60,158 bases of DNA, taken from the NCBI GenBank assembly GCA_024711145.1, contig JANJTJ010000001.1:1-60158 (forward strand), given 5' to 3'. Source of the DNA: Balneolales bacterium. Lineage in GTDB: Bacteria; Bacteroidota; Rhodothermia; Balneolales; HLUCCA01. Below are positions 21,554 to 31,900 of this stretch, piece after piece. The first letter of the stretch is position 1; the number at the start of each line of letters is the position of its first letter. The notes beneath the pieces are model-generated. The model worked only from the letters and a program-made list of their open reading frames with translations. It had not been told where the DNA came from and searched no databases. A program made the translations under genes and the position numbers.

Positions 21554-22069
21554 GTGAACGGCTACGCCCGCATCGGTCGCATCCTGCGCGCGCATGGCAC
21601 CACAGGGGAACTGGTCGTCGATCCCGAGCTCGACCTCACCGAGGTGCTCGGTCCCGACCGATTGGCCTATCTGACCGACCCAAGGGGCGGTCCCGTTCCC
21701 GTGAGGGTCGGGGCGCTCCGTCCGGTATCCAAAGGGGACCGGCTTTCGTTCTTTCTCACACTGACCACCGTCACAACCCGGACCGACGCCGAAAAGCTCA
21801 AGGGCCGCTACCTGTTCCTACCCGAGGACGAACTCCCCGAGTATGAAGACGAGGAAGCCGCTTTGGATGGCTACCGGCTCATCGGCACCGACGGCACGGA
21901 GTACGGTACCGTACTCGACGTGATGGAAAACCCCGCCCACCCGCTTCTGGAAGTGGCCGGCCCGAACGGGCGATTCTTCGTTCCTTGGGTCGATGCCTAC
22001 GTCCTGGAGATCGACGACGACGAGGCCACCATCACCGTTGCGGACCTGACCGCGCTCATGGAGCTCTGA
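21554..22069 (+). CDS. rimM: Ribosome maturation factor RimM
   Basis: GRILRAHGTTGE, PRC-barrel-like C-terminal half, conserved operon position. Confidence 0.9.
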   Translation: MNGYARIGRILRAHGTTGELVVDPELDLTEVLGPDRLAYLTDPRGGPVPVRVGALRPVSKGDRLSFFLTLTTVTTRTDAEKLKGRYLFLPEDELPEYEDEEAALDGYRLIGTDGTEYGTVLDVMENPAHPLLEVAGPNGRFFVPWVDAYVLEIDDDEATITVADLTALMEL

Positions 22070-22072
22070 CCC

Positions 22073-22789
22073 ATGCGCATCGATCTGGTATCCGCCGTTC
22101 CCGACCTGCTCCACAGCCCGCTGGAGCACAGCATCGTCAAACGGGCCCGCGAAGGCGGGTACCTGGAGGTGCATGTGCACAACCTGCGCGATTGGAGCCA
22201 GGACCTCAAGCACCGGAAGATCGACGATTACGCGTATGGAGGCGGCGCCGGCATGGTGCTGCAAGCCCAACCCATCTTCGATTGCCTGGAAAGCCTGATG
22301 GCCGAACGTGCCTACGACCATGTGATCTTCCCCTCGCCCGACGGAATCCCGTTCCGTCAGGAGCATGCGAACCGGTTGTCGCTTTGCGGCAACCTGCTCA
22401 TCCTATGCGGGCATTACAAAGGGGTGGACCAACGGGTCCGCGATGTGCTCATCACCGACGAATACTCCCTCGGCGACTACGTGTTGTCGGGTGGGGAGCT
22501 TCCGGCTTTGGTCATCACCGATGCGGTTGCCCGGCTCATACCGGGTGTGCTGGGTGATGCCGAAAGCGCCCTGGAAGATTCGTTCATGGACGGTCTGCTC
22601 GGGCCACCGGTGTACAGCCGGCCCGAGGACTTCCGTGGGCACCGGGTGCCCGATGTGTTGCTTTCGGGCAACCACAGGAAAGTAGCCGAGTGGCGGTATC
22701 AACAAGCGACGGAACGGACGCGCACCCGACGACCCGACTTATTCGACGAGTATCAAAACCCATCCAACCCTGGAAACGACCATGGATAA
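22073..22789 (+). CDS. trmD: tRNA (guanine37-N1)-methyltransferase
   Basis: [43 protein letters not shown]. Confidence 0.97.
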   Translation: MRIDLVSAVPDLLHSPLEHSIVKRAREGGYLEVHVHNLRDWSQDLKHRKIDDYAYGGGAGMVLQAQPIFDCLESLMAERAYDHVIFPSPDGIPFRQEHANRLSLCGNLLILCGHYKGVDQRVRDVLITDEYSLGDYVLSGGELPALVITDAVARLIPGVLGDAESALEDSFMDGLLGPPVYSRPEDFRGHRVPDVLLSGNHRKVAEWRYQQATERTRTRRPDLFDEYQNPSNPGNDHG

Positions 22790-23123
22790 ACTGACCTTAG
22801 TGGAACAGACGCAGGTCACCGACAACCTGCCCCCCTTCAATGTGGGCGACACGGTGAACGTGCACTACAAAGTGCGCGAAGGCGACAAAGAGCGCATCCA
22901 GCAGTATGAAGGCGTGGTGATCGGCATCAAAGGATCCGGTGCCAACAAGACCTTCATGGTGCGCAAAATCTCCAACAACGTCGGTGTGGAGCGGATTTTC
23001 CCGTTCTACACGCCGGCCATCGCGAAACTGGAAGTGAAGAAAGCCGGCAAAGTGCGCCGCGCAAAACTCTTCTACCTGCGCGAACTCCGCGGCAAAGCGG
23101 CCCGCATCAAAGAAAAAGGCTGA
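22782..23123 (+). CDS. rplS: 50S ribosomal protein L19
   Basis: [35 protein letters not shown]. Confidence 0.98.
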   Translation: MDKLTLVEQTQVTDNLPPFNVGDTVNVHYKVREGDKERIQQYEGVVIGIKGSGANKTFMVRKISNNVGVERIFPFYTPAIAKLEVKKAGKVRRAKLFYLRELRGKAARIKEKG

Positions 23124-23149
23124 GCCCCCACGGCTTGCCCGGAAACACA

Positions 23150-23179
23150 CCCCGGTCGGTTCGCCGACCGGGGTTTTTT
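23150..23179 (+). terminator. Intrinsic terminator of the ffh-rplS operon
   Basis: CCCCGGTCGG-TTCG-CCGACCGGGG followed by TTTTTT. Confidence 0.9.
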
Positions 23180-23194
23180 CGTTAGTTTGAACCC

Positions 23195-24919
23195 ATGGCC
23201 GATACCTACAAGGCGCTGACTCGGAAGTACCGTCCGAAGTCGTTCGAAGACATTGTCTCCCAACAACATGTGCGAGACACCCTGCGCAACGCCATGACGG
23301 ATGGGCGCCTTTCCCATGCCTATCTGTTCACGGGCCCGAGGGGAGTTGGCAAAACCACCATGGCGCGGGTGTTGGCCCGCCTGATCAACGGCGTCGATGC
23401 CGATGTGGACGGCGAGGCATTGGGCAACACCCTGGACATCATCGAGATCGATGCGGCCTCCAACAACAAGGTGGAGGATGTGCATTTCCTGCGCGACACC
23501 GTCCGTGTGCCGCCTCAGACCGGTACCCACAAGGTGTACATCATCGACGAGGTGCACATGTTGAGCAAGTCGGCGTTCAACGCCCTGCTCAAGACCCTGG
23601 AAGAGCCGCCGCCCTACGTGGTGTTCATTTTCGCCACCACCGAGCCGCACAAACTGCCGGCCACCGTGCTTTCGAGATGCCAACGGTTCGATTTCCGTCG
23701 CATCAAGGTGTCGGAAATCGTGGCGCGCCTCAAGCATATCTGCAAGGAGGAAGCCGTCACCATAGACGACGAGGCCCTGCATGTGATCGCCTCGCGGGCC
23801 GATGGCGCCCTGCGCGACGCCCTCTCCCTGCTCGACCAGGCCATCGCCTTCTGCGGCACCACCATTACCGAAGAGGCTCTGGTGCGCGCTTTGAACGTGG
23901 TGAGCACCGAGCGCCTGTTCGCGTTCATGGAGCAGGTGGCCGCCCAGGACACGCCGGCGGGCATGATCCTGCTCGACGACCTTCTCCTGCAAGGGCACGA
24001 CCTCCAGGAGATACTGGGAGGGTTGATGGAGTTGCTCCGGAACCTGTACCTGGCCCGCGACCAGAAGAACCTGTATCTGATCGAAGTGACCGAAGAAACC
24101 ATGGTCCGGTACCGGAAGGTCACCCAACGGTTCAGTGCCGACGACCTGTTGCGCATGTTGCACCTGGTGGGAGAGGCGCAGGTACGCGTGCGCGATGCCA
24201 CCCAGCCGCGCATCGTGGTGGAAGTGCTGTGGATGAAGCTGCTGCGCATGCCGCGCACCGAAGGGTTGCAGGAACTGCTGGCGGCGTTGCGCGGCATGCC
24301 GGCCGCAGGGCCGCCTGCCGCCGCGGGGCCCACGCATGTGCCCAAGGCGGCCCCGGCGGCCCCCGCGGCGCCTCAGCCGGCGCGCCAAACCCGGGTCGTG
24401 GACGATGGCGACGTACTCGGCGCGCCGGCCATCCGGCGGCCGAAGGCCCTGCACGCCGTCGATCTCGACGGCGTGGCCGCCGTTTCCGGCGGCCTGGAGG
24501 GCAGCCTGGCCGTGGCCATGGCTCCCGAACCGGAGCCCGAGTCGGCCCCGGAAGCCCTCTACCTGCATGATGTGCAGGCCCGATGGGACGAATGGCTGGC
24601 CCGGGTGATGGCCGAAGCCGGCAAGATGATGCACGGGGCCGCCGCCAAGGCTCGGCCTGTGGATCTCAACGGCGAGCGGTTGTTGGTCGAGGTGCCCGAC
24701 CGTTTCACCGAACAGGTGCTGCAGCAGAACCAACGGCTGTTGAGCGGCGTGTGGAAATCACTCATCCGCCATCACCTCTACCTGGATGTGCGGGTGGTGG
24801 AATCGGGCGCCCCGCCCAAAGCCGACGACCCCTATACCCGGTTCAAACAGCTTCAGAAACAGAATCCCAAGTTGCGCATGCTGGTGGATCTGCTGGGTGC
24901 CGAACTGGATTATTCCTGA
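23195..24919 (+). CDS. dnaX: DNA polymerase III subunit gamma/tau
   Basis: RKYRP..F, HAYLFTGPRGVGKTT, EIDAAS, IIDEVHML, NALLKTLEEPP, SRC. Confidence 0.96.
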   Translation: MADTYKALTRKYRPKSFEDIVSQQHVRDTLRNAMTDGRLSHAYLFTGPRGVGKTTMARVLARLINGVDADVDGEALGNTLDIIEIDAASNNKVEDVHFLRDTVRVPPQTGTHKVYIIDEVHMLSKSAFNALLKTLEEPPPYVVFIFATTEPHKLPATVLSRCQRFDFRRIKVSEIVARLKHICKEEAVTIDDEALHVIASRADGALRDALSLLDQAIAFCGTTITEEALVRALNVVSTERLFAFMEQVAAQDTPAGMILLDDLLLQGHDLQEILGGLMELLRNLYLARDQKNLYLIEVTEETMVRYRKVTQRFSADDLLRMLHLVGEAQVRVRDATQPRIVVEVLWMKLLRMPRTEGLQELLAALRGMPAAGPPAAAGPTHVPKAAPAAPAAPQPARQTRVVDDGDVLGAPAIRRPKALHAVDLDGVAAVSGGLEGSLAVAMAPEPEPESAPEALYLHDVQARWDEWLARVMAEAGKMMHGAAAKARPVDLNGERLLVEVPDRFTEQVLQQNQRLLSGVWKSLIRHHLYLDVRVVESGAPPKADDPYTRFKQLQKQNPKLRMLVDLLGAELDYS

Positions 24920-25521
24920 TGCAGCTCACGTCCGAAACCCTCGAGGCGGCCATCGAACAGCTGGCCAAACTGCCCGGTGTGGGGCGCAAGTCGGCCCAAC
25001 GCCTGGCCATGTTCCTGGTCAAACAACCCGAAGAACCGGTGTTGCGCCTGGCCCAGAGCCTGATCGCCCTCAAACGGACCATCCGCAGCTGCTCGGTGTG
25101 CCACACCATCACCGATGGCGAGACCTGCCCCATCTGTGCCAACCCCAAGCGTGCCAACGGCATGGTTTGCGTGGTGGAAGAACCCAAAGATGTGTATGCC
25201 ATCGAGAAGACCGGCGAGTTCAAGGGCCGGTACCACGTGCTGGGCGGGGTCATTTCGCCATTGGAGAACATCGGCCCGGAAGACATCCGGGTGAAGGAGC
25301 TGCTGGCGCGCATCCATGGCGACGAAGGCATCACCGAACTCATACTGGCGCTGAACCCCGACGCCGAGGGCGAGGCCACCACCTATTATCTGCACAAGCT
25401 GGTGTCGCCGCTGGGGGTAACACTCACGCGCATCGCCCATGGCATACCCATGGGTGCCGAGCTGGAATACATCGACGAAGCCACCCTCAGCAAGGCATTG
25501 GCGGGAAGACGGGGGTTCTAG
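24919..25521 (+). CDS. recR: Recombination mediator RecR
   Basis: LPGVGRKSAQR, CSVC...CPIC, YHVLGG.ISP, EGEAT. ATG overlaps the dnaX stop. Confidence 0.96.
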   Translation: MQLTSETLEAAIEQLAKLPGVGRKSAQRLAMFLVKQPEEPVLRLAQSLIALKRTIRSCSVCHTITDGETCPICANPKRANGMVCVVEEPKDVYAIEKTGEFKGRYHVLGGVISPLENIGPEDIRVKELLARIHGDEGITELILALNPDAEGEATTYYLHKLVSPLGVTLTRIAHGIPMGAELEYIDEATLSKALAGRRGF

Positions 25522-25544
25522 GGCGGGCTGCTTACCTTTGGCCC

Positions 25545-26726
25545 ATGTCCGATACCAATTCCTATGCCGCGCGGGCCCTGGTGGCCCACCGCGAAGCGAG
25601 AGGCAAAACGGCCATCGTGTCGAAGATGCCGCTCGAAACCAAAGACGATCTCTCCATCGCATACACCCCCGGGGTTGCGGCGCCCTGCCTGGAAATCGCC
25701 GCCGACGTGTCCAAAGCGTACGAATACACGGCGAAAGGCAACACGATCGCCGTGGTGAGCGACGGTACCGCCGTGCTCGGCCTGGGCGACATCGGCCCTG
25801 AGGCGGGCCTGCCGGTGATGGAAGGCAAGGCGGTCCTCTTCAAGAAATTCGCCGGGGTCGACGCCATCCCCATCGTGCTTTCCGTGAAGGGGGTGGAGGA
25901 GATCATCGCCGCGGTGAAAGCCATAGCCCCCACGTTCGGCGGCATCAATCTGGAGGATATCGCCGCACCGAAGTGTTTCGAGATCGAAGACCGGTTGAAG
26001 CGGGAACTCGACATCCCGGTCATGCACGACGACCAACACGGTACCGCCATCGTGACCCTCGCCGGCATGATCAATGCCTGCAAGGTGACCGGCCGACGGA
26101 TGGAAGACCTGCGGGTGGTTATCAATGGTGCCGGTGCGGCCGGCGTGGCCGTCATCCGGCTGTTGCAACATGCCGGGGTGCGGGAAGTGATCATGGTGGA
26201 CACCATGGGCATCATCCACGAAGGCCGTGCGAACCTGAATCCGGTGAAGGAGGCCATGGCCAAGCTCACCAACCGCGGCATGCGCAAGGGAAGCCTGGCC
26301 GACGCCCTCGTCGGCGCCGACGTGTTCATCGGCGTGTCGGCACCGGGTGTGCTCACCCAGGCCTTGGTGCGTACCATGGCGCCCGATCCGTTCATTTTCG
26401 CCATGGCCAATCCCACCCCCGAGATCATGCCCGACGAGGCCCGCGCCGCGGGGGCCCGCATCATCGCCACCGGCCGCAGCGATTTTCCCAACCAGGTGAA
26501 CAACGTGCTGGCCTTTCCCGGCATCTTCCGAGGCGCGTTGGACTGCCGTGCCAAGAACCTCACCCGTGCCATGTACATGGCGGCGGCCCACGCCATCGCC
26601 GATTCGGTGGCCAATCCAGATCCCGAACACATCATACCGAGTCCGTTCCAGGCCGATGTGCCCGGCCGGGTGGCCGATGCCATAGTCCGGATCTACCGAG
26701 AACTGGGAGATGCCCCCGATGCGTGA
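25545..26726 (+). CDS. NAD(P)-dependent malic enzyme (short form, no PTA domain)
   Basis: AYTPGVA, GLPVMEGKAVLFK, INLEDI, HDDQHGTA, GAGAAG, TGRSDFPNQVNN. Confidence 0.93.
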   Translation: MSDTNSYAARALVAHREARGKTAIVSKMPLETKDDLSIAYTPGVAAPCLEIAADVSKAYEYTAKGNTIAVVSDGTAVLGLGDIGPEAGLPVMEGKAVLFKKFAGVDAIPIVLSVKGVEEIIAAVKAIAPTFGGINLEDIAAPKCFEIEDRLKRELDIPVMHDDQHGTAIVTLAGMINACKVTGRRMEDLRVVINGAGAAGVAVIRLLQHAGVREVIMVDTMGIIHEGRANLNPVKEAMAKLTNRGMRKGSLADALVGADVFIGVSAPGVLTQALVRTMAPDPFIFAMANPTPEIMPDEARAAGARIIATGRSDFPNQVNNVLAFPGIFRGALDCRAKNLTRAMYMAAAHAIADSVANPDPEHIIPSPFQADVPGRVADAIVRIYRELGDAPDA

Positions 26727-27555
26727 GTTGTTCCTCGTGCTGCTGCTGGCGGCACCCGCCCTGCAAGCCCAGGATGCCGCCTTCAAATGGATATCGGCAC
26801 GGACCGGCACCGAAGTACCCTTCGATTCGGTGGTCGCCGCCGCATCGCGCGTCCAGGTGGTCTTTTTCGGTGAATCGCACGACAATCCCGTGGCGCATTT
26901 CCATCAGCTGCGCCTGCTCAAATCCCTGGCGCCGGCCGCCGGCTCGCAGTGGGCGTTGGGAATGGAGATGTTCGAAACCGACCGCCAGGTGGTGATCGAC
27001 GAATATCTGGCGGGCATCGTGAACCGCACCACGTTCGAATCGGACGCCCGCGCCTGGCCCAACCACAAGACCGATTACCGGCCACTGGTGGAGTACGCCA
27101 AATCGGTGGGCATGCGGGTGGTGGGCACCAATGTCCCCCGGCGGTACGCCTCCCTCGTCTATCAGAAAGGATTCGACGCGCTGGAGGCGCTTCCGGCCGA
27201 AGCCAAGGCCTGGCTACCTCCCTTGCCCATCGCCTACGATCCCGAATTGCCCGGCTACAAAGGCATTCTCGAAGCCGCCGGCGGCCATGGCGGTGCGAAT
27301 CTGCCCATGAGTCAGGCGCTGAAGGACGCCACCATGGGGTGGTCCATCGGTCGCATGCTGCGCAACGGGTTGCGGGTATTGCATGTGAACGGCTCGTACC
27401 ACAGCGACGGGTACGAAGGCATCGTATGGTATCTGAAGCGGGAGGTGCCCGGCACCCGCATGGTCACCATAACGGCCCAATACGGCGGGGAACCGGACCT
27501 TTCGAAGGCGGATTTCATCCTATGGACCCATCCCGACATGACCCGCACGCATTGA
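26719..27555 (+). CDS. ChaN family (Tiki/EreA-like) secreted protein
   Basis: Signal peptide, VFFGESHDNP..H, LGMEMFE, DYRPLVEYAK, KDATM, HVNGSYHS. Confidence 0.8.
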   Translation: MRELFLVLLLAAPALQAQDAAFKWISARTGTEVPFDSVVAAASRVQVVFFGESHDNPVAHFHQLRLLKSLAPAAGSQWALGMEMFETDRQVVIDEYLAGIVNRTTFESDARAWPNHKTDYRPLVEYAKSVGMRVVGTNVPRRYASLVYQKGFDALEALPAEAKAWLPPLPIAYDPELPGYKGILEAAGGHGGANLPMSQALKDATMGWSIGRMLRNGLRVLHVNGSYHSDGYEGIVWYLKREVPGTRMVTITAQYGGEPDLSKADFILWTHPDMTRTH

Positions 27556-27567
27556 CTCCCTGATGCC

Positions 27568-28137
27568 ATGACACCCGTTTTTTTCCTGCTGGCGGTATTG
27601 GCCGACGCTTCGGCCGACGACCGGGACCTGGCCATCGCCATCCGGAACGGGGACCATGCCGCCTTCCGCGTCTTCTTCGACCGCCACCACGGGGCCTTGT
27701 CGGCCTACCTCATGCGCCGGGGGGTATCGGCCGAAGAAGCCGCCGACCTGCTTCAGCACGCCTTCGTGACCATTTGGGAGAAGCGGGATACGCTCGATCC
27801 GGAGCTGTCTTTGCGCGGGTACCTGTTCCGCATCGGGTTGAGCAAGGCCTACAACCGATTCCGCGATACGGCCCGGCTCACGCCCCTGGAGCCGCACCAC
27901 GCCGAAGAGCAGGCCCGGACCCCCGACGAGGACATGCACTGGGACGAGATGCGCATGCGCATCCATGCGGCCATCGCTTCATTGCCCGAAAAACGGCGGT
28001 TGGTCTTCGAACTGCGGTACCTGCAGGAACTGAGCATTCAGGAAACGGCCGATGCCCTGGAGCTTTCGCCCAAGACCGTGGAGAACCACATGACCATGGC
28101 CCTCAGGGATTTGCGCGAACGGTTGCGCGAACTCTGA
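27568..28137 (+). CDS. ECF sigma-70 factor
   Basis: Region 2 (AADLLQHAFVTIWE, YLFRI) and region 4 (LPEKRRLVF, ETADALELSPKTVENHM). Confidence 0.9.
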   Translation: MTPVFFLLAVLADASADDRDLAIAIRNGDHAAFRVFFDRHHGALSAYLMRRGVSAEEAADLLQHAFVTIWEKRDTLDPELSLRGYLFRIGLSKAYNRFRDTARLTPLEPHHAEEQARTPDEDMHWDEMRMRIHAAIASLPEKRRLVFELRYLQELSIQETADALELSPKTVENHMTMALRDLRERLREL

Positions 28138-28705
28138 ACCGGATGCGGCGCACGCACCCGACGACCACCATGGCCAGCGTGTAGCCGGGGAAGAGCACCC
28201 CGAAGAACCAGCCATTCATTTCGAGATAGCCCGTTCCGAAAAAATTGGCCAGGTTGATGATGAAATCGCAGCAATACAGGTAGATCCATCGCGCCTGTTC
28301 GTCGGAAAGCGGTATCAACCCGAGCAAGGGAATGGCCGAAACGGCCACCGGTGCGGGTTTTTTCCCGAGCGGCCAGAAAGCCCAACTGGTGAGCATGGCC
28401 ATGCATAACGGCCACAGGAGCGCATAAAACACCACATCGTTGCGCATGCCTTGCAAGCCACCGGCGTCGCCTGTAGCCATCACCATAGCCCCCACCATGC
28501 CATATGCCAGCAACGCCACCGGATGGGCGTCTCGCACGAAATCCGGATCGGTGAACTCGCTCACCCGCTCCTGATACCGGGTGATTCGGCCCTCGACCTT
28601 CTCCCAGGTGGGTTCCGGGGAAACGGTATTCACAACCACCATGATGCCGACCGAAGCCAGACCTATCCAGACGGGGAGCAGCAAGGCATGTAGGCGGGTT
28701 TTCAT
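28103..28705 (-). CDS. Hypothetical membrane protein
   Basis: Several hydrophobic helices; ATG 28705 preceded by TACCTT at 6 nt. Confidence 0.6.
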   Translation of the reverse strand: MKTRLHALLLPVWIGLASVGIMVVVNTVSPEPTWEKVEGRITRYQERVSEFTDPDFVRDAHPVALLAYGMVGAMVMATGDAGGLQGMRNDVVFYALLWPLCMAMLTSWAFWPLGKKPAPVAVSAIPLLGLIPLSDEQARWIYLYCCDFIINLANFFGTGYLEMNGWFFGVLFPGYTLAMVVVGCVRRIRFRVRATVRANP

Positions 28706-28716
28706 GGAACCAAGGT

Positions 28717-28751
28717 AAAAAAAAGGCCCCTTCCGGTTGGAAGAGGCCTTT
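28717..28751 (-). terminator. Intrinsic terminator downstream of tRNA-Pro
   Basis: Minus strand reads AAAGGCCTCTTCC-AACC-GGAAGGGGCC followed by a T-run. Confidence 0.8.
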
Positions 28752-28756
28752 GCTCG

Positions 28757-28830
28757 TCGGGATGACAGGATTTGAACCTGCGACCCCTTGCACCCCATGC
28801 AAGTGCGCTACCGGGCTGCGCTACATCCCG
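28757..28830 (-). tRNA. tRNA-Pro(GGG), CCA not encoded
   Basis: Acceptor stem CGGGATG/CATCCCG, anticodon arm CTTGC-ATGGGGT-GCAAG, T-arm GGTTCAAATCC. TATTTTTG promoter on the minus strand at 28848-28841. Confidence 0.95.
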
Positions 28831-28920
28831 AGCTAGACCCCAAAAATACGGCAGTTTGTCCCATTTCGCCAAACCGAAGGCACCTGCATGCGTAGCCCCG
28901 CGCCATTACATTCCGATCGT

Positions 28921-31900
28921 ATGGTACGCACCCACCTGTTGGCCGTCCTTTTGGCGACGGCCTTTTCCATTTCCGCCCATGCCCAAACCACTGTGCAGGT
29001 GGGAGGGCGGCCGCACATTCCCGGCAATGACACCCTCTCGACCCGGAATTATTGGGTCGAATTCGTCGAACCGCCGCTGTTCGAGTCCTTGCGGCAACCG
29101 GGTGTGGCTGCGGTGCCCGACTACCGGATCCGTTTCGACACCTTCGAGGCAGACCTGGCCCAGGCGCTACCCGAGGTCTCGCGCCGCAAAATACGCACCG
29201 GAGCCCGGTTCCACCGCTTGTTCACCGGCATGCAGGTAACGGCAGACTCGATCGCATTGCTGGTCATCCGGTCGTTGCCGTATGTGAAAGCCGTGCATCC
29301 CGACCGGGAATACCACACCATGGAAAGGGGCGTAGCCAGCCGAACCGGCCAGCGGATCCGTGTGGATGGCACCCCAAGCGGCCGTGGAGCCGGGGTCCGG
29401 GTGGCGATCCTGGACAGCGGGGTGGACTACCTGCATCCGGATCTGGCCGGCATCGGCGGGTATGATTTCGTGGACGGGGATGCCGACCCCATGGATCTCA
29501 ACGGGCATGGAACCCATGTGGCCGGCATCGTGCGGGATATCGCACCCGAAGCGGCCCTGTATGCCGTGCGGGTTCTGAACGACCGCGGCCGGGGGTTGGT
29601 ATCGGACATCCTGGCCGGCATAGAGCATGCGTTGGATCCCAATGGCGATGGCGACCCGACGGACCGGTTCCACATCGTGAACATGAGTCTGGGCAGCGAC
29701 TACGGGTTGCCTACCGACCCCACCTCCGTAGCCGTGCAGAACGCCTCGGCCTGGGGTGTGCTGTTCGTTGTGGCGGCGGGCAATGCCGGTGCCCCGTTCC
29801 CCGTGGAAGGGCAAATACCCGGTTATTTCACCGATGCATCCAGCTCGGTGGGTTCGCCCGCCGTGGCTCCGGCGGCACTGGCGGTTGGTGCCATAACGAA
29901 CGACGGGCGCCTCGCACCGTTTTCGGGAAAAGGACCGGTAGGGCTCACCTTCGCCATCAAACCGGAAATAACCGCTCCCGGGGTGGATATCATATCCACC
30001 TTGCCAGGTGGCACCTATGGCCGCAAATCGGGTACCTCCATGGCCGCACCCCACGTGGCCGGCATGGCCGCCGTCCTACGGTCGGAACATCCGGAGTGGG
30101 AGGGGCCGGCCCTGAAATCGGCATTGGTGCAAGGCGCGCTTTCTTTGGGGGCGGTACCGCTGATGCACCAGGGCAACGGGCAGGTGGATCTGATCCGCGC
30201 CCGTGCCACAACGACGCATGTGGTACCTGCCGTCTTGTCGTTCGGTATGAACCGCTCGCTGGGAGCCACCTGGACCGCATCGCTACCCTTCACGCTTCAC
30301 AATGGAAGCCCGGCGGCGGTGAGCTACCAGATATCCGTTTCGGGCAATACCGGAGCGTACCAGGTACACATTTCCGAAACCGCTTTCGGTTTGGATCCGG
30401 GCGAGACCAAGACACTCACGGCCACAGTGTCGGTAAACCAGGCCGCATTGCCCAATCCGCTTGCCGATATCCGCACCCTGGAGGGAAGCGTGGTGGTCGC
30501 CAGAAGCACGGGCGACCCGATCCGCATCCCCTGGGCTTTTTCGAGGGCCACCGTGTTGCGCATGAGACACGGCGCTCCCTATCAATACCAATTGGGGTTG
30601 TCGGACGAGGCGTACTTCACCTCCGGTCCTTACCATCTCTACAACACCTATGTACCGGTATCGGCCACCGAGGCGGAAGCATACGGATTGGCGCCGGGGT
30701 CCTACCTGATGGCTACGGTGTATCCGGATGCCGGCGAGGGGCCCGCCGTGGTGGTCCATACCGGGTTCGAACTCCCACTGCAGGGAGCCGAGTGGGAAGC
30801 GGGCCCCGAGGAAGCGCGGCATACCGTGGAGTTCGCCGCTACCGATACCGAAGGTCGTGCCCTGGCCGATTACACCGACCAAAGCCAACAGGTATTGGCG
30901 CTGTTTCCCGAAGGGGCCTGGCTCAACATCTTCAATCGGAACAGGGGCGGGCGTATCCGCCTGAGCGACCTTTCGGCGGGAACGCAGGTCCTGGCCCAGC
31001 ATTCGGCGTACGAGCCGGGCCTCCAGCCCCGCTACACGACCTACCAGTTTCCGGTGCGCGAGGGGGTTTGGGGAGACATCCGCTACGGCAATCCGCCCGG
31101 CGATCCGGTATCGGTACAGCTTCGGCACCGGGTGCCTGCTGGTTCGGCGACGGCCACGCTGCTTATCCGGCCCTACCTGATGAAATCGACCGATGCGGGC
31201 GATACGGAGTATGGTGCCACACACCATCTGGCCGAGGTGCCGGTGACAGAAGGCGCCACCTCGCTCCGTGTCACCATGGGTGCCCGGAACCATGAGACCT
31301 GGTTCCAGTCGGTTTCGGTGGACCGCGTACAGGAAGAGCGGCCGGAATACTATCGGATCCTCATGGAAGGGCCCGATCTGACCCGGGTGGGCGGGCGCAT
31401 CGTTCCGTCGTTGCCCGTCACCGCATCCGGCATGTTGCTGTCGTACGGGCAAGGCGATACCATCCGGCTGGGGCATACCCCGGTCAGCCCGCTCCTCCGA
31501 ACGGCGAACGGATATTTCGGCAACCGATCGGCCCAATTCGAATTCGGCATCCGGGGCCAGAACCGGGAGTGGTATTTCGGCGACGAGATGGCCGGAACCT
31601 GGAAGTATGTGGATCCCGAGGGCGCTGTGCTCCATTCCGGCAACCTGCGCGATATCCGTCCCATGCTCGAACTGCCGGATGGCCGCAACCGACTGGAAGC
31701 GGAATTCACCGGCCATGTGGTGGTGGAACAGGTGGCGGGTACCCGTGCGCGGGTCGAATTCGACAACCGCAACCCCAACAGGGATGCCCCCTTCATCGGC
31801 AGCGTGTACCTGACCGACGGAGCCGGTAGGCCGGCCGAGCGTTTCGCGGCCGACGCGCCGGTAGTGGTCCGTTTCACCGCCCGCCGTCTGCCCTTCCCCG

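Noticed and set aside
24250-24600. Programmed frameshift producing a gamma subunit from dnaX
   Set aside because: No A-AAA-AAG or poly-A slippery site was seen in the linker region.
24786-25544. Apparent 250-aa N-terminal extension of the malic enzyme
   Set aside because: It overlaps dnaX and recR in another frame; homology begins at ATG 25545, which has the TAnnTT signature.
28700-28920. tRNA-Pro as the attachment site of an integrated element
   Set aside because: No integrase and no duplicated tRNA 3' end were seen in the window.
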